64,000 nucleotides of DNA, from assembly GCA_964199315.1 (NCBI GenBank), contig OZ116698.1, positions 18,476,001 to 18,540,000 of the forward strand. Reading direction: 5' to 3'. The notes below the pieces were generated by a model. That model was given only the letters and a program-made list of their open reading frames with translations. It made no database searches and was not told the origin of the DNA. Below are positions 36,995 through 47,213 of the stretch, piece after piece. Within the stretch, counting starts at the first letter, position 1. Each line of letters opens with the position of its first letter. The position numbers were made by a program, and so were the translations under genes. This DNA comes from Orbicella franksi (Eukaryota).

Positions 36995-39434
36995 ATGGAG
37001 AACACTGCTGAGAAAGGCGAAGAAAACCCGGAGGAAAACCCTACGAAAGACAAGGAAAACGAGGAAAACAACGGAAGCAAAGAAATAAAAGCTGCAAAGA
37101 CAAAGAAAGAGCCGTTACGGAATCTTTTTGCTTTCTACGCTTTCGGGGCGCTCATCTACACAGTGTATTCTGTCATCATTTCAGGCGCGCAGGACATTTT
37201 GGCGGGTACTTTTATTCCGACGGCGGCCGTGTTAGTAACAAATGTTGGTCCGTATTTTCTTGTGACGATGATCGCACCCTATTTCATTCACAAAGTACCT
37301 TATGTTGTTCGAATAGTGGCGATTTACGCTTTTTTTACAGCTGGTCTGTTTATAATTGTCTACGCTAAAGAGGTTTATCTCAAGTTAGTTGGAATCTGTA
37401 CAACGTCCCTGGGGGCCGGCATTGGGGAAGTGTCGTTTTTTACCTTGACTGCATATTACGAGAAAGTTACGGTAGCCGCGTATTCGGCGGGAACTGGTTC
37501 AGGATTTATCTTAGGACCTCTTTATTATACAGGTATGTTTAAAGCTCTTTTGTGCTTATTTGTAACGCACTACCGGGGTAAATTATTATTTTTCGAGCAG
37601 ATGCTCGAAGAAATTGTGTCGATCTTATCTCACGCAATGTTAGACTTTGTTTCATTTACGTCGGAAACTGAATATAGCAAACGCACGCTTAGAAAAAGTG
37701 GATTTACTGACCCAAACTAATTGTACATCAAAAATCGTGGCTAACTTTGTTCACTTGACTCTGAAGATGACTTCAGCTCAGGTTGTCGAAACGTCAGTCA
37801 CCAACAACGGTTCTTTTCAGAACTACCATCACCCGGACGATCACACTATACGAACTAACTTTGTTTTGTGATTGAAGGAAAATTGGCATATGTCTGAAAA
37901 CTTCAATCCTCATTCTTGAGTTGTTTCCCGCCCTGGCACCTGGAAAGCAAAACAAAACATTCCAGCAAGCAGGGCAAATAATAACCTCCCACGAAAAATC
38001 TCCAATCCATTCAATAGTAGTTTACCTCTTATCCTTTCATCATTAGGTTTAAGAATAAGCTCTGTCATTTCAAAGACTTCGATACTTCCACTTAATTAAG
38101 GTATTACAGGATCTCTCTGTTCGGTTATTAGTTTTCTCTCTTATCATACTGAGACGTCTTTTTTATTTCTAAAATACCTGTGACAGATTACGAGAATGCT
38201 GTGCCATTTTGGCCCGTGTTTGGGTTGGTTTAGTTTCTTCCCAATAGAGTACACTCAAAGAGACAGTTAATGATTTTTTTCAAAAAATAATTAAAGCAGT
38301 AACTGTGCTTGATTGCCAGCAGCTCAAGTTTCGGCCTCTGTTTTCATTCGGAGGGGGAAATACAAATAGCAACGTCTCGCCTCCGAGCCTGTAGTTTACG
38401 TGGTCAAAGTCAAAGTTGTAAGCAACATGGCGTTGTCATTGGGCCGGGTACCATGCTGATGTGACTGTTGTCGGAGTGCAATGATCGTGCGAGCTCGCGT
38501 CAGGTTTTGATTGGGTAATAAAGATCGAAAACGTGCCGAGTGCTTAAACGAATATTTTCTCAAAGCAGGACTTGTTTTCGGGACTGTTTTAGAAGAAACT
38601 CTCAAGAATAAGATATCGTCTTTGCCTTAAAATCTTCGTTCGTTATTTTTCGCAGGTCTAACAACATGGAGTTGTGTCTCGCCAAACAACGCTATGCTAA
38701 TAATGGCGGGGTCGCCTCTTCTTTATCTGCTATGTTATGCTATCATGGAGAAAAAACACTCTAAAGCTGTAAAACTAGATTCTACGTCGGAAGATAGCAA
38801 TGGAACGGAACCACACACAGTCACGTGGAAAGAGAAACTTTCTGCAGCTGGACATATTCTCCCATTGGTTATAGCTCTGTTTGTTGCCTACGTCAGCGAA
38901 TACGTCATCATACAGTCTGTCATCACTACAATGGCATTTCCAAACGCTCCATTCCCACCAAGAGTTCATTACAGATACTATATTTTTATATTTTTGAGCG
39001 GTGAATTTATTGCCAGGTCGTATCTAGCTGTCATTGCGTCGCTAAAGCCCAGTCTCGTTAACGTATTTGCAATCAGACGGATATGGATTCTGTCGTTGAT
39101 ACTGATGGGTCAGTTAGTCTTTTTCACGCTGGCTGCGTGGTATCGATTCTTACATGACGTCTGGATCGTTTTTATTTTAATCTTTGGCGCTGGCCTAGGA
39201 GCGGGCGCGGCTTTCACAAATGCTTTTGTGGTGGTTTCAGAGACTGATGCTAAGTTCAAAGAATTTTCCATGGGATTCGCTACCATCGGGATGGGTGCGG
39301 GGACATTTTGTGCCGGGGTAGTGGGACTCCTCATGGAGCCTGTGATCCGTGATCATTGTTTAGCTGTATCAGATGTTGGCGATTATTGTTTTACGAGACC
39401 TTTTGGTGGATGGAATCAAACTATAGGCTGCTGA
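36995..39434 (+). CDS. CLN3-like: CLN3/battenin-like, copy 5 (2 exons, 438 aa)
   Basis: ATG at 36995; exons 36995-37532 and 38656-39434; phase-1 GT-AG intron at YYT^G; 1317 nt. Confidence 0.9.
37756..37800 (+). ncRNA. Minimal type I hammerhead ribozyme within a Penelope-like terminal fragment (~37742-37860)
   Basis: UGACU-CUGAAGA-U-GAC[UUCAGCUCAGGUU]GUC-GAAA-C-GUC^-AGUCA. Stem I is a perfect 5 bp, stem II 3 bp, core intact; predicted cleavage after C37795. Confidence 0.8.
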
Positions 39435-39529
39435 CACAAGAAAATTAGTTAAATTAAGTATTAGCTAGTGTAGATGATTCAAACAGTACTATCTTGTGCC
39501 GAAATGTATCCGTTGAGGAGCAGCAGAAA

Positions 39530-40319
39530 TAGCAGGTAAGCAACGTAACGCTTTCGAGTGCTATGCCATGGGAAATCCAACGAGTCACTTGTATTTTCTT
39601 GGTATACACACAAGCCTTTAGGCGAGTGTATACTAAGTAAACACAAGTGGCAAGTGTATGGGATATTGTCCCGGGGGGGGGGTACTCCCCTATATGGGCT
39701 ATATAGGTAGGTGCGGCCCCAGAGGGTATGGTTTTTCAGCCGTTTTGGTCATAAATAGGGTATCGATTTTAGCTGATTTTGGCCATTTTAATCATAAATA
39801 GAGTATGGTTTTTGCACTCTAGCCTTAATATGGGTGTGTTTTTAAGAAAAAGCCACTTTTTCGTCATTATCGAAAAATCAACAAAAGCTCTTCACAAATT
39901 ATGCTTTCAGTAATTTAGCCTTGGTCTGAACTAGGGAACTAATTATAATGCAGGTCTGAAACAGGTTTTGATTTAGGGGTTAGGTCATAAATAGGGTATC
40001 GAATATTTGGTCAGGTCATAAATAGGGTAGGGAATATCGCAGTTTTTGGTCATAAATAGGGTAATGGTTTTGGGAAGTGGGCCGCACACCTCCACCCAAT
40101 TTTTCTGGGAGTACCCCTCCCGGGGATATTGTATGGTATGCTACTAGACAGTGTTGCATAACCATTTTACACCATGCCATAGAAAATACAGTGGCCATGC
40201 AACACAATCAATACCACATACCTGTGGGATACGATGGGAAGGTTGGGTGTAAAACCGTCGAATATACAACGGCTTTCCTGTGTTCTGATTGGCTGTATTT
40301 TCTATGGCATGGTATAAAT
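39530..40319. mobile_element. Older non-autonomous element hosting a nested insertion
   Basis: Sequence is continuous across the 8-bp TSD of the nested element; inverted TTTACACCATGCCATAGAAAATACAG / CTGTATTTTCTATGGCATGGTATAAA at 40165-40319. The left boundary is approximate. Confidence 0.5.
39670..40124. mobile_element. MITE with CCCGGG termini and 8-bp TSD
   Basis: TIR CCCGGGGGGGGGGTACTCCC / GGGAGTACCCCTCCCGGG; GATATTGT at 39662-39669 and 40125-40132; internal repeats of GGTCATAAATAG(G/A)GT. Confidence 0.88.
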
Positions 40320-43171
40320 GAAGAGAGCAAACGGAGAGGAAGCTTAGTTTACGAGCATTAGTGTCAGAATTACCTTTTTTCTCAAACATAATCCAAATTT
40401 TTAGCTTATATTCCTCATTTCTGTTTCATACATAGCGCTATTAAGCTACCCCCACTCATCCTCTTGATTTCTCCCCCAGCTCCTTTATTCCCTGTTCGTT
40501 TTTCAACCTTCGTCCTAGTTTATTTAGAATTCGTTTTTTTCACTGCAACATCGAAGCTAACGAAGCTCTAATATTTCTCTATCGAACGCGTCCTTTTCGG
40601 CCAGAATTATGCTTAGACTTTAAACTCCTTTCGTTTTAATTTTATTTGATGGGACTTGGAACCGTAGTCCTGTTGGTGTTTAAATCCAAAATAGCAGATT
40701 TTATAGCCGCCAAATCGGATTTGAATGAAAAGAGGAACTTGGGAATGTTAAAATAATTTTAAGCAGTAAGAAGAATTTTAACCTGACTATACACCCAAGG
40801 GGACATTAATTTCACAATTTGTCAAATATAAGTGACAGGAATTTTTGACTATCGTTTAGGGCAGTTTTTACTAGTTTATATACCCTTAATTAGCTTCTGT
40901 TTCCCGGCGGCCGAGTTATTGTATGTGTTAGGTTTTTGCCTCTTACACTCAATTCAGTTTTGTCTTTCTGTATCTCATCAGTGTTGCAGTAACGTTTGTC
41001 GCTGTACCTCATTGTCACTTATTTCATTGTTTGTCATATTGTCTTACCATTAGTCCGTTGTTTAGTTGTGATAACTTGTTCAATAAAATTATCTGTTGAG
41101 CCGGCGGGTTTAAACTGACTATTTATTTGACTCCGTAGTACTGAAATAAATCATTCATGTTTATACAAGTGAACTGCGGTTGAGGGAATTTTTAAATTAA
41201 GGTTGCCATAAAACAGTTAAGTCCATTGTCAGCTTTTAAAAAAACCCTGAAAAATGAACTTAATTGTTTTATGACAACCTGGGTAATTGCAAATCAAAAA
41301 CTTGAAAAAAGAAATCGGGCTGCACAAGGATTTGAAATGGTGAGGTAAACGTTCTTCAACTTAAGGCTGGTTCTCTGTATTCGATCGGTGAAAAGTTGTT
41401 TCCAAATGGTCGTTGCGATTACTGACTACGAGTTGATCAATCATTAGAGGGGTCTACGAGGGAATACGGGCTTTCCTTGCTACGGGATCTGCTGACATTG
41501 TCACATAAACTGCAAATATCAGTCATATATCTTTCAGTTTGAAAACTTGACATCAACAGCAGTTATGCACGAGGAAACATCCATGCTCACATCAGCTGAC
41601 ATAAGCTAACCAGGTTGGAAAAAATTGCTTCCGAAAGAAAATGGTCTTTTTTTTGTGATTGACCAAGCTTGGAAGCTCAAGATGGCTGGACATTGACCGA
41701 ACTTGATTCTTTTGGGTCTCTACGAAACTTGACTGCGTCTCGGTCCGTCACACGCAGACAGTGCTTGGCCAAATATCCAGCTATATTAGCATCACACTTC
41801 AGTGGTAACCCCCTCTCCCTGATTTATTAGGGTAGGAGCAAACTGATGAGCAAATGAAGACAACGCAAATCTTTGGCGTGCGCAGTAGCAGTAGACACAC
41901 TCTTTAGGCATGCCCTTTACAGCTTACGCAAAATATTGACTCTGATGTCTGCCAATCCAGACTTGCATATTTAACAGCACAGCATCCTTCAATAATATGA
42001 TATAGGATCTTGTACTAAGCATAGAGATTACTTTCATTGAACTTTATTTACCTGTGGTTCCACTTGACTGATGTTGTATTCTCAGTTTCATCCGTAGAAC
42101 ACCTGAGTATCTCAGAGATTCTTACTGTACTTAATTAAAAAGTATTACAGTTATTTACATATCGCTCACTTAACGACGGCTACTGTGAAAAGGCACTTAA
42201 ATCCGCTTTATTTCTTATGTTTGCCAGAAAGCAACGCACCAATAGAAATGTAAGCAACTAATTAAGTTCTTAACTTGAGCGAAAAGCTATTGAATGAACT
42301 ATTAGCATATCAAAGAAGTTGACGATAGTTTGTGAAGAGCATGGTTAATTATAAAGAACGAACGGGCTCGTGCTATTTCATTTCAAGTGGCCGCGAATCT
42401 ACAATTTATCTTTCGTGAGAGGACTCTACTGATGCCAAGTACAGCAATTTAAGTTTGTTACCAAAGAAAATACCTTTTTTATTGTTGTGACAATACACAA
42501 GGCGCATTCAGAGTGAATTTAAAGAAGTTGGTTTGGTTTTTTATTCCGTACACTGTTGTCAGGTAAGTTGTTATGCAAACTTCAGAGTACAGTCTTTTCA
42601 TACAAATGTTTGTTTTATTTTCAAGACTTTGCCGAAACAAAACATTTTTTGTAAAAGAAAAGTCCAGTGCAATGATTATAGGCTAAGGTTAGAATTAGTA
42701 AAAGATGACCGTGACTGTAAGCAGTATGATGTTGAGATGTGGTGTAAACAAAGGCTTGTAAAGTGAAGTTTAGAAAGTTACAAACTTACAGTGTTTTGGG
42801 TGGCCAATTTCTTGCGAATTAAGGGGAATGCGCATAGATCTCTGTAACGAACAGACTGATGAAGGTACTTTCTTGGTCATGTCAGTAATTAACTAAGTTT
42901 GTTTGCCAGACAAATATGTCTCGATAACGAAATGACAATTCTCTTTGTGCCTGGCTGGTGCTAGCGATGAGATCAGTGTTCGGACTTGTATTACGAGAAA
43001 ATATTGCAATAACAAACAAATTAAGGGAAGCCTTACGATATCAAGGAAAGAGATGATGGTAAAAGTACCAAGGAATATGTTTCACTGATCTACCATGCTG
43101 GTGCCACCGACTCATAAACTATATTCTAATCTGCTAAGGACAATGTGAAGGGGAGAAAAGTGTGAATTAAT

Positions 43172-43728
43172 AATGGTAATAGGACTGAATGGAGTCCAAT
43201 TCGGTCTGTAAGCATGCGAGTGATTAAGAAAATCGCCGGACATCCGCGAAGCGGGAGTCCGATTTGTTAATCACAAGTATGATTACAGACTGAATTAGAC
43301 GAAACGATGTCCTGTTACCAAATAATCATAACAATTGCAATTTCCCACAAAAGTAAAAGTTTCATTTGAAGAAGAGCTTTTAATAGTCATTTTTAAATAT
43401 CATAATTGAAAATATGGAGAATAGCTTGCTAAATGGCTGTTAAGTTTCTTTCACAACAGTCACCAGAGATTAAACCTCCACAATTTTACAAAGCAAGTCT
43501 CTTGAATTGGTTACTAAAGTGATTGTAATCAATATTGTGATTGGTGGATTAAGTGGAAAGGACTTTTCATTTTAAGAAAATGATTGGCTCCGATTACAGG
43601 TGTTCGATTACAGCCAACTGTCCAATTACACTGTCCGATTACAGCGTAAACTTTGCAGATTAATTAGAGCAAAATACTGTAATCTATCCACCAGTCATAT
43701 CTGAGGAAACTGTAATTGTTATGATTAA
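43172..43728. mobile_element. Interspersed non-autonomous element with internal foldback
   Basis: GTCCAATTCGGTCTGTAAGCATGCGAGTGATTAAGAAAATC is an imperfect inverse of GATTTGTTAATCACAAGTATGATTACAGACTGAATTAGAC; short CCGATTACA repeats near the right end. Confidence 0.55.
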
Positions 43729-43881
43729 AAGATGTAATAATTCACCAACTCATAATATACAGAAGGAACGACTGATCAGAGGGAAAATGAAGATCTGTAC
43801 CATGGTAGTAAAATGAAAGACGGTGTTAAGAGAGAGTGTGATCTCTGTACCCCTAAACAGTGGGTTATTGATGCTCCTGTA

Positions 43882-44100
43882 AGGGACACGGTGGAGCACG
43901 TTAGCGCATTGGAGTCCGGCCGAAGCACTCCGAGTTCGAACCCTTACCTGCGTCACTGTACGCGTTGTGTTATAGGAAAAGACATTTAGCCGGGGTACCA
44001 CTGTGATCTCTCATGGAAATCTGATGGGGGCTACCCTGCGATGGACTATAGCATCCCTTCTAGATCTAGCAGGAGCCTGTCTCTTCTTGCTATCGAAATC
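43882..44100 (+). mobile_element. Diverged tRNA-SINE
   Basis: Head with B-box GAGTTCGAACC and 3' GGGGCTACCCTGCGATGGACTA matching the SINE family. Confidence 0.65.
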
Positions 44101-44226
44101 TGCATGGATATGCCCCAACACTGTCAGCCAGTAGCCCAAGTATTACTTAGCTTTCACTACTCAGTGTACTTAAAACGTTTATACAGAAACAAAAAATCTC
44201 GTTACGTTCCAATTTCAGGATCTAAA

Positions 44227-46501
44227 ATGGCGGAGGAAGATCAAACAAGCCATTTTGACGATCCGGAAGAAGAACCTATTAAAGTGTTAGTGACGTTTAA
44301 ACCACAAGAACAAGAAACGGACGAGAACCACAACAATTTTGATCAACCTTGCAATGCTGCCGAACCTTCCTTAGAGGAGCCACTAAAGAATGGTGACGAC
44401 ACATGTAATGACTCCGAGACTGAGGAGCCTAGCCTACCTGTCAATCCACCTGTCACTCCCATCCCTTCGTTTCTTGAGGCCGACAAAGCGAACAGCAGAG
44501 GCCATGACATAGAAAAACAGGAAGTACTTGAGGTAAACAGGTGTCAGTGGGAAATATCTTTGGATAAATCTTAGCTTGAAACTTTTTTATAGTCCACGTG
44601 TGGCCTGGTTAATTTATATTACCTGCTTTAGATGCTAAAATAATTCGCGACAAAGGATATGTAAAAATGTCTTCCAATGAACACAAAACAATGAAATTTT
44701 GTACAAAAAATAATATCACAGAGATTTAAACAGGCCTTCAAATTTAAAGGACAAATGGCTTTATGGTCATTTACAGTCCAAAATCGGAAACAAGAAAAAC
44801 GTGCCCTATTTAGTTTGTGCTATATTGCATACGTAGGGCGGGGTCCCTCTGATGTCGGTTTTCTTGTAACCATCAAAACCCAAAAGCGATTTCGTTGCAA
44901 CAGCGATGAGAAGTCATTCACTACTGCTGTGGGCTATTGTGTGTTTTGAATTTCATAGCCCATAGTATTAAGTTCAGAACACTATCAATTAAAATGGTTA
45001 ACATGGCGAGCCCTATACAGCGAGTTAAAACTGATGCCGTCTTCTCTTTTATTTTTAGGGGTGGACAGGCTACAGTAAAAACATCTACATCCAGCCAATC
45101 ATAGTTAACCATGCAACTTGCGAAGAGTGTCATTGTCAAACCAATAACAAAGCAAAGCGAAGACTCACGAGTGAAGATTTGAGAAAGCAGATGCGCCTTC
45201 GAGAAGCCAACAACTGGATCACGAAACACAACGAGCGAATACGCAGCACGGGAACGTTACGAACTAAAGCTCAATATCGGCAAGTAAAACAGATATCACA
45301 GCAAGAGGGAAAAGAAATCCCAAAACTGACAAAAGAAAAAGACACCGCAAAATTAAAACAGAGAAAATCTAAAACCAAACTTCATAAAGGATTTGTTTGC
45401 AGGACATGGGCTACAAATTACTTGTCGAAGGACGATCAAAAGAACGAAGACGACGAATTCATCCCATTCTTTGTACGAAAATATGTAGATAAATCAAAAT
45501 CCAACACTCCCGATACAGAGAAAAAGACTAGTAGTCCTACTGAAGAAGAAAACAGAAACAATTCAGCAACTACTTCGACTCAGATAGAGTCTGAAGATGC
45601 ATTATCACAGAATATTGCAGAAGAATTAAAAACTAAAGAATTCAAATTACAAGAACAACCTTACTTTAATGCGCTCGACAATCGGGAGAAAGCAAGGCGT
45701 ATTAAAACCAGCTCAGGCCAACTCCAGAACTCATCAAGAGATTCTTATGAATTTATCTACTCCTGTGGACAAGCAATAACTCATAATAAAGAAATGGTCA
45801 ATTCTAGTAAGTCTGGAACTAAGCATCTTCGTAATGAAAGATCGCGGAATTCTAAGGTGAGGTTTTCGGTGGCGCTACCTATCAAGCAGTTTCCTCCTAT
45901 AAATCCACTCCAGGAGATGAAGAAACCAAACTTTCCAGCCAGAAGAAAGCGGGAAGTTTTACCAACTCGCAGGCCACATACGGTGGATACCGCGCTTCTG
46001 TCAAAAGGAACCATCTTGGTGAACGGTCATCATAACTTGCCAAATTTCCGAATCGTAAGCCAACCAGCTTTAAACAGACAATACTGTGGTCAAAGAGTAA
46101 CTGCATCATCGCTTGAAAACCTCAGCAAGGAAGGGCAGATATTTTCTCGGGTTAAATCTGAACAAAACCGTGGTAATGGGAGTAAGAGATTTGAAGAAGA
46201 ACATAATAGTGGAGGAAAGTGTTGTCGACATCATTCTTTGAGTGACCCCAGAGCAAACGCCAAATCTTCGTTAAAGGACCTTGGTGAAAATGAACACAGT
46301 TTATATCAGGAGAGCGTGGAGTGCTTCACAGCTAACTGGCGTCGCGTGAGAACACCACCACACTCGTTAAACAGCGAAGATAACGATTCCAACACTGATT
46401 CAAACGACACTGGTTTGGGCAGTGAAATTGAATATTCCTTTGATGGTTTGGCGAAGCTAGATGTTTACCTCCAGCCCAGGCGTACAAGTCTCCATGATTG
46501 A
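44227..46501 (+). CDS. Uncharacterised hydrophilic, low-complexity protein (~582 aa, at least 2 exons)
   Basis: AAAATGGCG start at 44227; exon 1 to 44532 (GAG^GTAAAC); acceptor TTTTTAG^ at 45058 is in phase 0 with the long ORF to 46501. No recognisable domain. Confidence 0.7.
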
Positions 46502-47213
46502 TAACAAGCATTACCATGGCACAGTATAGTAGGTGTTAAGAGAAAGCAAACTTTATTTTACCACCATCTAGGATTTGACTGAACGCCGTAAACACCTGGA
46601 AACGACACTGGGAGCAAAAAAGTCAACACTAAACCAAGAGAAACTGGGGACGAGAAAAGGAAATCGCGCACAGTAGAGTTAGCTTTTGATTTCTTCATCA
46701 CTGCTTTTTTTTGTGTTTTTGAAATGTTTCCTTTTGAAATTGTTCTCACTGACAATTTTTGTTATGCGAGGAGAACTTAAGCCTGGCTAACCTGATAATC
46801 TCGGCATCTAGAAACAGCCCCTCAACCTAAATATACACATTATTCAAAGTTCTGTCTGTTGTGTATTCGGACAAGAGAACCGGAGTAATACTATAGATTA
46901 CGCAGTGAATCGGGGCAAGTGTTCTGCACAACTGCTTTACTAGAACTGAACAAAACTAATCTATGTACAACGATATAATAGTATAATCACGTGACTGCGG
47001 TTTAGGGTGAGCTAACCAATGATTACTGGATTACAGATTATCGAACAACTAAGGTATTCATATTAAAAATAAGAAAAAACACTACGCTGACAATCAATCA
47101 TACTTGTTAACATGTAATAGGTAATAAGAAACTATTTACTGAAATGTTAGTTGATTAATGTTTATCAAATCTCATTGTGTATACTCTTTGAGAGAAAAAA
47201 AAAAGGTTGATTG

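Noticed and set aside
41400-43150. Possible small exons of a hidden gene
   Set aside because: Some AG/GT-bounded segments exist, but I could not build a consistent reading frame or recognise a product.
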